Shown here: positions 1-8,625 of the stretch, in pieces
How the letters are laid out: each line of letters begins with the position of its first letter
How positions within the stretch are numbered: the first letter of the stretch is position 1
Assembly: GCA_001772005.1 (NCBI GenBank)
Contig: MERI01000231.1
Location: 2,762-66,761, forward strand
Origin: Betaproteobacteria bacterium RIFCSPLOWO2_12_FULL_62_58
GTDB taxonomy: Bacteria > Pseudomonadota > Gammaproteobacteria > Burkholderiales > SG8-41
Reading direction: 5' to 3'
DNA length: 64,000 nucleotides
Position numbers and translations under genes: made by a program
Notes under the pieces: generated by a model
Database searches by the model: none
What the model saw: the letters and a program-made list of their open reading frames with translations, nothing else
Told to the model about the DNA's origin: nothing

Positions 1-743
1 AAACGAATAACGTCTTGCGCCATCCGCGCATCGTCACTACACGGGAGCGAATGCGAGCCGGTAGTGACGTTGCGCTAAAACCCGCATGAATATTGGCTCC
101 TGATGCCAATTTTCAAAGTGACGGACCCCTACAGATCTGAGTGACGGGCTCAAAACTGGCGCATTCGACATCCCCCTGCCGCTGGCGCAGGGCTCACTAA
201 CCGAACCGCATTCTGGCGCAGTTCCATTCCGTTGGACAGCCATCAAGGTGATGATTCAATCGTGCGAGATCCCAATCGTTGCCAGCGTCCAATTGACGAA
301 CGTTCCGCGCTATCGAGAACTGGCCGCGAAGAGACTGCAAAAGGACCGCACATTCGACTTCAATCCAGGAATCTGGATTGAGTTTATGCAGATCAAAACT
401 TTTTGCAACTTTGTCGGAACTCGGCCCAATATCCATTGGTCAGATGAGGTAACCGCGCGGCGGCTAGGACAATGGAATAGTCCAGCGGCGTCCGGCAATG
501 TCTACCGACCGGATGTTGCGCTGCGCGAAAGTGAATTCGATGTGGTTTCACGGTGGCTTCGTCAGCCCGCTCGATGCCCGTTAACGCATCCCCTGCTCGG
601 GTAGAGCGCCCTTAAAACCGGGGAGATCTCCTGAAAACCAGTGGCCGCAAGATCGACGTTTGCCGTCAGGACACCGCTGTTGGAAGCGGCGGCAACGTCG
701 GAACCGCCGTCATTGAGACGGCAAGGCAATTTCGATTTCCCGC

Positions 744-1109
744 TCAGGCCGCCGCGCGGGCCATCTCGAATTCGGCATGAATCCGATCGAATGGGACGTA
801 AACTCGGCCCGCTTCGTCACGTTCGATGAGTCCTTCTTCAACGAGAACCTTTACGTCCCGATGCACGGATTTCACGTCGCGTCCCACTGACCGTGCCAGG
901 CCCCGAAGGCTCACCGGGCCAAGTTCTTGCAATCGCTCGATCAGTGTCCAGCGCGCAGGGCTGAAGATGCGAAACAATGCTGCCGGCGATTCGAAGCTGC
1001 GTACCTCACCCTGGTAGCGGTGGGTTCGACCGGCTCGAAGCACCCCGCCGCGCAAGCGATTGCGAGCGGTCGCCTCGTCGCGTTCGATCAGAATGGTCAT
1101 CGTTCTCAT
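744..1109 (-). CDS. HTH DNA-binding protein, probable antitoxin partner (TumA-like) of the upstream DUF6516 gene
   Basis: 121-aa ORF with a winged-helix-like segment (LQELGPVSLRGLARSVGRDVKSVHRDVKVLVEEGLIERDE). Its ATG overlaps the stop of 1106..1390 by 4 nt (ATGA), giving a two-gene cassette. Confidence 0.6.
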   Translation of the reverse strand: MRTMTILIERDEATARNRLRGGVLRAGRTHRYQGEVRSFESPAALFRIFSPARWTLIERLQELGPVSLRGLARSVGRDVKSVHRDVKVLVEEGLIERDEAGRVYVPFDRIHAEFEMARAAA

Positions 1110-1390
1110 GGCTTCCTCAATACGTCCACATCTGTGAAGAAATCCTCAAGCAGCCGCTCAAGGCTGACAAACACGTAACGCTCTTCGCGCCTGCCGGCGT
1201 GGCGATGATCACCTTTCCCGCGCTCGTTGTCGTAGCCGACGAGCCGATGCCCCGGTAGGCCGTAGAACAGCCGATACTTGAACCGATGAGCGCTCCCGGT
1301 CACAGGCTTGTCCAATTCCCACACCCGCGCCTCAAGGATCGCTCCGTCGTCGTAGCTGCGCTTGTAGTGGTAGAGGAGGCGCACCGCCAT
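1106..1390 (-). CDS. DUF6516 / TumE-family toxin-like protein
   Basis: 94-aa ORF carrying the motif YDNERGKGDHRH plus FKYRLFY, which I recognise from DUF6516 (TumE-type toxin) proteins. Translationally coupled to the downstream HTH gene. Confidence 0.6.
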   Translation of the reverse strand: MAVRLLYHYKRSYDDGAILEARVWELDKPVTGSAHRFKYRLFYGLPGHRLVGYDNERGKGDHRHAGRREERYVFVSLERLLEDFFTDVDVLRKP

Positions 1391-1554
1391 GTTGGCAAGT
1401 ATGCCAACAGACTGTCACCGACGTCAATGCCCCCGCATCATAAGTAGCCGGGTGGAACACGATCATGGAATCGCCAAGTTGCCGGCGCCTTGCGGACGCC
1501 ATCGGCTTTATGCAGAAAAGGAAGCTGAACGATGTGCCCAGCTTCGTACCAGAG

Positions 1555-1600
1555 TGGCGCGCCCGGCAGGATTCGAACCCACGACCCCCTGGTTCGTAGC
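1555..1600 (-). other. 3' half of a tRNA-Arg(ACG) gene (anticodon loop through CCA); no functional 5' half, so a putative att scar
   Basis: The minus strand reads GCTACGAACCAGGGGGTCGTGGGTTCGAATCCTGCCGGGCGCGCCA. That covers the CUACGAA loop, the T-arm GTGGG/TTCGAAT/CCTGC, the acceptor 3' strand and CCA. The sequence 5' of it cannot form an anticodon stem or D-arm. Confidence 0.6.
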
Positions 1601-1683
1601 AACAGCGAGAAAACAGCCTTGATCCAATACTTGCGCAGCACGACTGAGCCGCGGCGACTTTCTCGGTAACCGCCGTACATCCA

Positions 1684-3156
1684 TCAACTGAGCAACCGCA
1701 ATATTTCCGTCGCGTCGGAAATTTCGTCCAGCTCCGCAATCAGCTCCATGGCTCGCTCCATATTGCGGGCTGGGATCGGTTTCGCTGAAAAGGAAACGCA
1801 GTCGCGAAACTTCGCTTCCAGGAATTCCCGTTTGACCGGATGTTTTGCGTCCCCAGGCACTCGGTCCGGCTGATGCGAGAACACCCTTCCGTCCTTCATG
1901 CGGATTTCCACGATGGGCTTAGAGGCCGAGGAGTAGTCTCCAGCCGCGCGCACCGACGCCATCTGCTCCGCCCGGTAGTTGACCTTGTCCGCCATCGCAA
2001 GGACGATCGGATCGCGCAGACCCTCCGGCGTGTAATCGCGCAGCGTCACGTTTCCTTTCGCCATCATCACCGCGCTGGTGAACGGGATGCTGAACTTTCC
2101 GTCAATGCTCTCCTGGGGGCGCCGTTTGCGGTCAAGCGGTTCGCACAACTGCTGTGTCGAAAGGTTGCCGCCGATCACCGAGATCGCCTCGACATCTTCG
2201 GGCCGCAGAGCATGCTGCTGCCGCAGCTCCAGGATGGCGGCATTGGTCGCCCGCGTATAGCCGCAAGCCGGCCAGACCTTGAACCCGTGTGTATCGAGCA
2301 GCGGAAAGCGCATCCCCAAACCCCCGACGAGGGCGTCCCAGTAGGGTGTGTCCGTGCGGATGTAGTTCTTGAACACGCCGAACGGACCTTCGACCACGTC
2401 TTTCGGACCAATGATGCCCCGCCGCGCCAGCTCGGCGGCCACGACCGCGCCCTGTCCGGAAAACCCCGCCTGCATCGAACGCATGTGTGTCGCCTCGCCC
2501 ACCGCCATCTGCCGGCTGCCGCTCATCTGATTGAAAGCGATCCCGAATGCGTTCTCCATCTGTTCCGCGTCCAACCCGAGCGCGTGCCCCGCCGTCGCAG
2601 CACCGCCGAGAAAACCGAACAACTGAGTCGCGAACCAGCCGGAATTCATCTGCCAGTCAGGCACGTCGATCGACAGGCAGAAGCGCGTCATTAGATCGGA
2701 ACCGGCGGCAAATGCGGTGATGAGGTCACGACCGCTGATCCCGCCCAGCTTTTCTCCCAGCGCGAGTGCAACGGGGATGGTGGCGATGCTGACGTGACCG
2801 CCGCCCACATCGTCATAATCGAGCATGTGTCCCAGGCTGCCGTTAACGAATACGGCCCACGGTGCAGGTGCCCTGCCACCAAAGCCGAGCACGCTACTTT
2901 CCGCCTTGCCGCCGAGTTCCCTCACATACTCCGCGACGATCCGCGCCTCGGGCGCGAGCGTACTGGCACCGATGCACACGCCGAGCGTGTCGAGAACACA
3001 TTGCTTGGCCACCGCGACGAGCGTCGGCGGAAGCTGCTCGTATCTCAGGCCGCTCGCGTGTCTCGCCAGCTTGCGTGTGGCATCCTTTCCCGTTGTTGTG
3101 TCGGTCATTTTCGACGGCTTTCCCGTCACACTTCGGTTTGCGCTCCCGTTGTCCAT
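1684..3156 (-). CDS. MmgE/PrpD family protein (paralog 1)
   Basis: Family-typical N-terminus (TRKLARHASGLRYEQLPPTLVAVAKQCVLDTLGV), typical length and domain order. The ORF opens at GTG 3168. ATG 3156 is preceded by GGAG at a 6-nt spacing. Confidence 0.85.
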   Translation of the reverse strand: MDNGSANRSVTGKPSKMTDTTTGKDATRKLARHASGLRYEQLPPTLVAVAKQCVLDTLGVCIGASTLAPEARIVAEYVRELGGKAESSVLGFGGRAPAPWAVFVNGSLGHMLDYDDVGGGHVSIATIPVALALGEKLGGISGRDLITAFAAGSDLMTRFCLSIDVPDWQMNSGWFATQLFGFLGGAATAGHALGLDAEQMENAFGIAFNQMSGSRQMAVGEATHMRSMQAGFSGQGAVVAAELARRGIIGPKDVVEGPFGVFKNYIRTDTPYWDALVGGLGMRFPLLDTHGFKVWPACGYTRATNAAILELRQQHALRPEDVEAISVIGGNLSTQQLCEPLDRKRRPQESIDGKFSIPFTSAVMMAKGNVTLRDYTPEGLRDPIVLAMADKVNYRAEQMASVRAAGDYSSASKPIVEIRMKDGRVFSHQPDRVPGDAKHPVKREFLEAKFRDCVSFSAKPIPARNMERAMELIAELDEISDATEILRLLS

Positions 3157-3184
3157 TTCTTTCTCCACGTCCCGTAGTGGGTCA

Positions 3185-3228
3185 TGCGACGCCGACGATA
3201 ACCCAGGCGGGAAGTGGTCGGCGTCGCA
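3185..3228 (-). promoter_or_regulatory. Perfect 12-bp inverted repeat (stem-loop) between PrpD paralogs 2 and 1
   Basis: TGCGACGCCGAC (3185..3196) and GTCGGCGTCGCA (3217..3228) with a 20-nt loop, 23 nt downstream of the PrpD-2 stop. No U-tract. Confidence 0.4.
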
Positions 3229-3250
3229 CCGCTTGGCGTCTCCTTTTGCA

Positions 3251-4639
3251 CTAGCCGTGTCGCGCTACCGCACGACCCTTGGATTCGGCCTCGACGACAA
3301 TAGCATCAAATGCAGGCTTGACGTCCGTCATCTCGTCGATGTTTTGCCATTGTTTGAGCGCGGACGCAGCGCGCGCTTCGCCAAGCCTTGGCTCACACAG
3401 ACGCATGAACTTGGTAGCAAGCTCGGCCGCGGAAACAGGATTGTCTTCATGGCCGAGTGGATTAACGATGTAGGCTTGATAAGACTTTCCTGAATGATCC
3501 GTCGCGGTCACCCGCATGCGCACTACCCGCGGAAAATCCTTCTCGAACTCGTCGTTGATCCGCACGGTCACGCGATTCATGAACGAGCGAATGGATGGAT
3601 CGAGATACGACTCCGGCACAAAAGCGCGCTGATCGATGAGTCCGTGGCGCAACGTCCACGCGAATATGTACGGTAGGCTGTGATCCGCGGTTTCCCTCGT
3701 CCTGGGGTCCCACTTGGCCGGTTCGCTCCCGCTCTCGTGCCAGGCCGACCAATAGGTCTCAACGTTTACGCTTGCGATCTGTTCGGCGGAAACCTGCTTG
3801 CGCAGCTCGATGGCGGCCCAGACGAGCGCCTGCATGTTGTAGACCACGGGCCAGTACTTGATTTTTGCCCGGGCGATAAAGAAGTCGTCCGGCGCCGTGC
3901 CGAACGGCGGGAGCTCGATCGGTCCGGAGATAAGCTCGGTGAGACCGTGGCGACCGGTGAAGGGTGCCTCGGGTCCGGTCATGCCGGCCGCGGCAAGCTG
4001 CACACCGAAGACGGCGTTGCGCACCGCATAGGCGGTCGCTGCGCCCTTCCACATTGAAAGTTGACCCGCCCGGCTGGCGCGCATCGGCATGTTGGCGACA
4101 GCCGTAATGCCGATCGCGTGCTGCGCGACTGCACGGCTCAACCCCATCAGGTTGGCGAGACCCGCAGCGGCTCCGACGCTGATACCGAATCCCTGGTCCC
4201 ATCCGCGCTCGCGCAGCTGCGCTTTCATCTGGAGCCGGATGAAGATTTCATACGCGACCACGGTCGCAGTGATCAACCGCTGGCCCGACGCCCCGATTTG
4301 CGGCGCGACGGCGAAGAGGCCGCCGAGGCTGTCGCTCGGATGGCCGCCCGGGTAGGTATCGTTGAAATCCAAGTCGCGGATCATGCACGAGTTAATGAAA
4401 GCCGCAGCGTCGGCCGCCGCGAGGTCGCTGGAGCCCAGGATGCGCCCGGCGAGCTCCTGCCGCGCAGCCGGCCCCGCGAGCGACCGGCCGATTTCCGCCG
4501 TATCGCAGTCGTATGCGCCGAGCGCGCACCCGAGCGCATCGAGGAGGCGCTCCTTGCCCGCTTTCACGGCGTTGGGCGGCAGGTCGCGGTAAGACAAACG
4601 GCTGGCAAAGTCCGCAAAGCTATTCAGAATCGGATCCAA
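3251..4639 (-). CDS. MmgE/PrpD family protein (paralog 2)
   Basis: The ORF runs to 4831, but its first 64 codons overlap the upstream Bug gene. An in-frame TTG at 4639 is preceded by AGGAGG with a 6-nt spacer. Family-like N-terminus (FADFASRLSYRDLPPNAVKAGKERLLDALGCALGA). Confidence 0.85.
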   Translation of the reverse strand: MDPILNSFADFASRLSYRDLPPNAVKAGKERLLDALGCALGAYDCDTAEIGRSLAGPAARQELAGRILGSSDLAAADAAAFINSCMIRDLDFNDTYPGGHPSDSLGGLFAVAPQIGASGQRLITATVVAYEIFIRLQMKAQLRERGWDQGFGISVGAAAGLANLMGLSRAVAQHAIGITAVANMPMRASRAGQLSMWKGAATAYAVRNAVFGVQLAAAGMTGPEAPFTGRHGLTELISGPIELPPFGTAPDDFFIARAKIKYWPVVYNMQALVWAAIELRKQVSAEQIASVNVETYWSAWHESGSEPAKWDPRTRETADHSLPYIFAWTLRHGLIDQRAFVPESYLDPSIRSFMNRVTVRINDEFEKDFPRVVRMRVTATDHSGKSYQAYIVNPLGHEDNPVSAAELATKFMRLCEPRLGEARAASALKQWQNIDEMTDVKPAFDAIVVEAESKGRAVARHG

Positions 4640-4667
4640 CGCATTCCTCCTGTGCTCGACGACTGGT

Positions 4668-5684
4668 TCAACGCAAAGAACCCTTTTCGCTTCGGACACC
4701 CACGTCCTTCGCCAGCTTCCTGAATCGGTTGATCTCATCGGCAAGGTGTCGGCCGAAATCGGCGGGCGCGCCACCGACCGGTTCTGCTCCGTCCGCCACA
4801 AAGCGCTGGACGATTTCGGGCATGCGCACAATCTTGTTCATTTCTTCGTTCAATTTCGTTATGGCCGCATTCGGCGTGCCCGCGGGCGCAAGCACTCCAT
4901 ACCAGGTCAGAACGTGATAACCGGACACGCCGGCTTCTGCGATGGTGGGAACGTCGGGTGCTGCATTCGATCGTTTTGCGCTCGTGACGCCCAGTGCCCG
5001 CAGCCTGCCCGCTCGCCAGTGCTGAAGACCCGCTACTATGGCGGAAAAGGTGAACTGCACCTGCCCGCTGATTACCCCCGTCACAGCCGGAGAACCGCCC
5101 CGGTACGGCACGTGGTCCACCCCGATATCAGCCATGCGCTTGAACAGCTCGCCCGCCATGTGTCCGGAGCCGCCGTGTCCGCCCGAAGAAAAATTCAAAG
5201 TTCCGGGCTTGGCTTTGGCGAGCGCGATCAGGTCTTTCACTGTCCGGACGGGCAGTGACGGAGTCACCACCAGCAGAAACGGTGCCTGCCCAATCTGGAT
5301 TACAGGCGCGAAATCCTTGATCGAGTCGAACGGCAGATCGTAAAGGCTCGGGTTGATGCCAAAGCTGCTCGACACGACAAGCAACGTGTATCCATCGGGC
5401 TGGGCTTTTGCAACGATTCCCGCGCCGATCGATCCCGCCGCGCCAGAGCGGTTGTCGACGATCACCGACTGGCCTAGGGCTTCTGTAAGCTTCTGCGCAA
5501 TGAGTCGCGCAACGATATCGGTCGCGCCGCCGGGCGCCAGCCCGACCACGAAGCGCAGAGGCTTGATGGGATAGCTGTCGGCACTGGACTTCAAAGCGCT
5601 GCCGGTTTGCTGAGCTTGCACCGCAATCGATGGGGCGAGACACAGCAGCAGCGTCAGCAAAGTACTTTTAAATCGTTCGTTCAT
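4668..5684 (-). CDS. Bug-family (TctC-type) tripartite tricarboxylate transporter substrate-binding protein
   Basis: Signal peptide (LLTLLLCLAPSIAVQA) followed by the Bug signature YPIKPLRFVVGLAPGGATD. About 325 aa. Confidence 0.85.
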   Translation of the reverse strand: MNERFKSTLLTLLLCLAPSIAVQAQQTGSALKSSADSYPIKPLRFVVGLAPGGATDIVARLIAQKLTEALGQSVIVDNRSGAAGSIGAGIVAKAQPDGYTLLVVSSSFGINPSLYDLPFDSIKDFAPVIQIGQAPFLLVVTPSLPVRTVKDLIALAKAKPGTLNFSSGGHGGSGHMAGELFKRMADIGVDHVPYRGGSPAVTGVISGQVQFTFSAIVAGLQHWRAGRLRALGVTSAKRSNAAPDVPTIAEAGVSGYHVLTWYGVLAPAGTPNAAITKLNEEMNKIVRMPEIVQRFVADGAEPVGGAPADFGRHLADEINRFRKLAKDVGVRSEKGSLR

Positions 5685-5720
5685 GCTCTCCTCGCTTTAT
5701 AGCGTCATACTGGTGTAGCG

Positions 5721-5760
5721 CCGGATCCATCTTGAAATTCGAATGTCAAATTGGATCCGG
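5721..5760 (-). promoter_or_regulatory. 9-bp inverted repeat enclosing a second palindrome, between LeuD-like copy 1 and the Bug gene
   Basis: CCGGATCCA (5721..5729) and TGGATCCGG (5752..5760). The loop contains ATTCGAAT. It is followed by TCCGGA-tgag-TCCGGA. Confidence 0.35.
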
Positions 5761-5803
5761 ATGAGTCCGGACTGACGGCTGTTTGAGTTCTTGTCCGGGG
5801 CTG

Positions 5804-6316
5804 TTACGAAGCGGTCTCTGCAAGGTAGCGCTTGCGGGCGAAAGCCGCCATCCCGCCACTCTCGAAAATCGCCTCTATCGTCGGCGGATACTTCCGCAAG
5901 GTCACCGTTGCGCCGGTCGCAACGTTGCGCGCGAGCGTGCGGCGGTAGTCGAGTTCCAGTGTCGCGCCATCCTCGATGATCTTGCCGATTTCCGGCGCGA
6001 TGAAAATCGGCATCGGTAGAGCGATGCTGTTGCGCAGGAACAACCGCGACGCGGACTCGACGACGATGGCGGCGATGCCGATCTCCTTCAATACCAGCCC
6101 GGGGCGATGCGAACCGCAGCCGAAGTTGCGGCCCGCAACGATGATGTCGCCAGGCTTCACCTCTTTCGGAAACTCGGGGCGGAATGATTCGAGGGTATGC
6201 TTCTTCAGCTCCGCCATCGTCGAATAGAGGTAATAGGGATTAATGGAATCGGTATCGACGGAATCCCCGAATTTCCAGACGCGGCCCGTGATCGCGCGGT
6301 TCAGGTCAAAGCTCAT
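5804..6316 (-). CDS. Aconitase-family dehydratase small subunit (LeuD-like), copy 1
   Basis: Starts MSFDLNRAITGRVWKFGDSVDTD and contains FGCGS. The ATG at 6316 is preceded by GGAGG and overlaps the LeuC-like stop by 11 nt. The longer ORF (to 6595) is an out-of-frame extension over the upstream gene. Confidence 0.85.
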   Translation of the reverse strand: MSFDLNRAITGRVWKFGDSVDTDSINPYYLYSTMAELKKHTLESFRPEFPKEVKPGDIIVAGRNFGCGSHRPGLVLKEIGIAAIVVESASRLFLRNSIALPMPIFIAPEIGKIIEDGATLELDYRRTLARNVATGATVTLRKYPPTIEAIFESGGMAAFARKRYLAETAS

Positions 6317-7583
6317 GAAACACCTCCTTCGGATTGACGATCTCTCCCGCCACCGCCGCGGCGGTAACGGTGAGAGGGCCGCCCAGATAGATTTGCGCCT
6401 CAAGACTTCCCTTGCGCCCCTTGAAATTGCGTGTAGTGGCGGTGATGCACACCTCGCCCGCGGAAAGGAATCCGACTTTCGGCTGGCACACGCCGCAGCC
6501 CGGCGTGACGACCTGCGCGCCCGATTCGATGAGCTGCTCGATGAGACCGGTTTTGAGGCACTGCAGGTAAACCTGCTGCGAGGCTGGCGAGACAAGGAAG
6601 CGAACGCCTTTAGCCACCTTGCGCCCTTTCAGCATGCGCGCGGCGATCTCGATGTCTTCGAAACGGCCATTCGCGCAGGACCCGATCTGGGCTTGGTCGA
6701 TGCGCGTGCCTTTCACCTCGTCGACGGGCACGACGTTGCCGAACTGGTGCGGCTTTGCGACAACGAACGGCATCTCGTCGACATCCACCACAATCTCCCT
6801 CACGTATTCGGCGTCGGCGTCGGCTACAAGCGGTTCATAGGGCTTGTCGGTGCGCCCGCGCAGGAACGCGTCGGTTTTCTCGTCCGCCGGGAACATCGCG
6901 AACTTTGCGGCCACCTCGACGCCGTGCGTGGACAGGCAGGCGCGGCTGTCGATGCTCAACTGAGGAACGAGCGGGCCGGTAAACTCGATTGACATGTTCT
7001 GAGCGAAGTCGTCTCCGTATTTTCCAGCCAGATAGAGCATGATGTCCTTCGCGATGGGGTATCGGGGTTGCGTGCCTTTCAGCACGATTTTCACCGAGGA
7101 AGGAACCTGAAACCACAGCTCGCCGAAGAGCATCGCGTACATGAGATCGGGCCGGGTGATGCCCGTGGCGCCCGCATTGAGCGCGCCGTAGCCGATAGTG
7201 TGAGAATCCATCCCGACCACCAGTTCGCCGGGGCGCGCAAGACCGTAGTCGAGGATCATCTGGTGAGCGATACCCGGCTCCGCGTCGTGAAAAATATTCA
7301 CGCCGAGCCGTGACGCTTCCTTCCGGATAAGGGCGTTATCATCGGCGATGGACTGGCTCAACGCTGGCTGGTGATGGTCGATCAGGAAAAAAACCTTATC
7401 CCGGTCCCACACGCGCGGAAAGCCGTCCGTAAATCCCGCCTGCACAGCCAGGCGGTGGACGTCCATGAAATGGTAATGACACATCGCGCCGTCGATGCGG
7501 GCGTCAACGATGTCGCCCGCCTTGACCGGCTCTCGCGCCAGGTTGTGCCGCGACAGCAGCTTTTCCGCCAGCGTTTGTCCCAT
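6306..7583 (-). CDS. Aconitase-family dehydratase large subunit (LeuC-like, ~425 aa short type), copy 1
   Basis: Contains DSHT, GSCANGR and PGCGVCQ Fe-S ligand motifs. Directly upstream of the LeuD-like gene. Confidence 0.85.
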   Translation of the reverse strand: MGQTLAEKLLSRHNLAREPVKAGDIVDARIDGAMCHYHFMDVHRLAVQAGFTDGFPRVWDRDKVFFLIDHHQPALSQSIADDNALIRKEASRLGVNIFHDAEPGIAHQMILDYGLARPGELVVGMDSHTIGYGALNAGATGITRPDLMYAMLFGELWFQVPSSVKIVLKGTQPRYPIAKDIMLYLAGKYGDDFAQNMSIEFTGPLVPQLSIDSRACLSTHGVEVAAKFAMFPADEKTDAFLRGRTDKPYEPLVADADAEYVREIVVDVDEMPFVVAKPHQFGNVVPVDEVKGTRIDQAQIGSCANGRFEDIEIAARMLKGRKVAKGVRFLVSPASQQVYLQCLKTGLIEQLIESGAQVVTPGCGVCQPKVGFLSAGEVCITATTRNFKGRKGSLEAQIYLGGPLTVTAAAVAGEIVNPKEVFHEL

Positions 7584-7620
7584 GTTTCCTCCTAGTTCGA
7601 ACGACGCTGCCCCCGCGCGC

Positions 7621-8625
7621 TTAATCGATTCGCGCGCCTGAAGCTCGCACGACGGCGGCCCACTTGTCAGTCTCTCTCTGCAGGAAAGCGCGCATCTCTT
7701 CCGGCGTGCTCGTCATCGAATCCGCCCCGCGGTTCTCGTAGTACTCGCGCACGTCCGGCAGAGCCACGCTCTGCTTGATCGCAGCGTTCAGCTTGCGGAC
7801 GATGTCTTCAGGCGTGCGCGCAGGCACCACGATGCCGAACCAGTTCACCGCTTCATAGCCAGGGTAGCCCGATTCGGCGATGGTCGGCACGTCCGGCAAT
7901 GCACGCACGCGGCGACTCGACGTCACGGCGAGCGGCCTCAGTCTGCCGGAGCGAATGTGTGGTTGCAGTGGCGAGACATTGGCGAACAGTACCTGAATGC
8001 GCCCGCTGATGACGTCCGGGATTGCGAAGGCACTGCCTTTGTAGGGAACGTGCACCATGTCCACGCCGGCCCTCGACTTGAACAATTCGGTGGCGAGGTG
8101 GTTGACCGCACCGTTACCCGTCGAGCCGTAGCTGGCTTGTCCGGGCCGTTGCTTCAGGAACGCCACGAAATCCCGTACTGACTTCACGGGTAGTGACGGA
8201 TGTACCACCGCGCAGAGCGGCTCAGACCCGATCAGTGTGACGGGCGCGAAGTCGCGCGCGAGATCATACGAGAGCTTGCGATAAAGGCTCGGCGCGATCA
8301 CATGCGGTGCCGATACCATGAACAGGATGTAGCCGTCCGGCGCTGCCCTGGCCGCTATTTCCGCGCCGATGTTGCCGCCGGCACCCGGCCGGTTGTCGAT
8401 GATCAACTGCTGGCCGAGGCTGTCTGCCAGCTTCTGCGCGATCGAGCGTATCAGCAGGTCGCTCGCTCCGCCGGGTACCTGCGCGACGATGATGCGCACG
8501 GGCTTCGCCGGGTAAACCTGGCTGGCGGCCGGCAAGGCCAGGAGCAGCAGTAATGCGATCGCCGCCCGGCCCAATAACTCGAATCCCAATGATGGATTGA
8601 ACTGCCGGTACGGGAATTGTCTCAT
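7621..8625 (-). CDS. Bug-family substrate-binding protein
   Basis: Signal peptide followed by YPAKPVRIIVAQVPGGASD. Its ATG overlaps the stop of the upstream flavoprotein gene (ATGA). Confidence 0.85.
   Translation of the reverse strand: MRQFPYRQFNPSLGFELLGRAAIALLLLLALPAASQVYPAKPVRIIVAQVPGGASDLLIRSIAQKLADSLGQQLIIDNRPGAGGNIGAEIAARAAPDGYILFMVSAPHVIAPSLYRKLSYDLARDFAPVTLIGSEPLCAVVHPSLPVKSVRDFVAFLKQRPGQASYGSTGNGAVNHLATELFKSRAGVDMVHVPYKGSAFAIPDVISGRIQVLFANVSPLQPHIRSGRLRPLAVTSSRRVRALPDVPTIAESGYPGYEAVNWFGIVVPARTPEDIVRKLNAAIKQSVALPDVREYYENRGADSMTSTPEEMRAFLQRETDKWAAVVRASGARID

Noticed and set aside
1-743. Several overlapping 60-120-aa ORFs (37..246-, 197..436-, 248..604+, 310..498-, 641..829+)
   Set aside because: They are mutually exclusive, have no family signature I can recognise and no clear SD. 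I cannot decide which, if any, is coding, so I left the region unannotated.
1555-1636. Full-length tRNA gene on the minus strand
   Set aside because: Only the 3' 46 nt fit a tRNA-Arg(ACG). The upstream part gives a mismatched acceptor (GCGCAAG vs CGGGCGC), no D-arm and no anticodon stem, and an ~82-nt length. I report it as a remnant instead.
1332-1739. ORFs of 135 aa and 80 aa (1438..1680) overlapping the tRNA remnant
   Set aside because: No recognisable motifs. They overlap the tRNA-like sequence and the end of the PrpD gene, so they are probably frame noise in GC-rich DNA.
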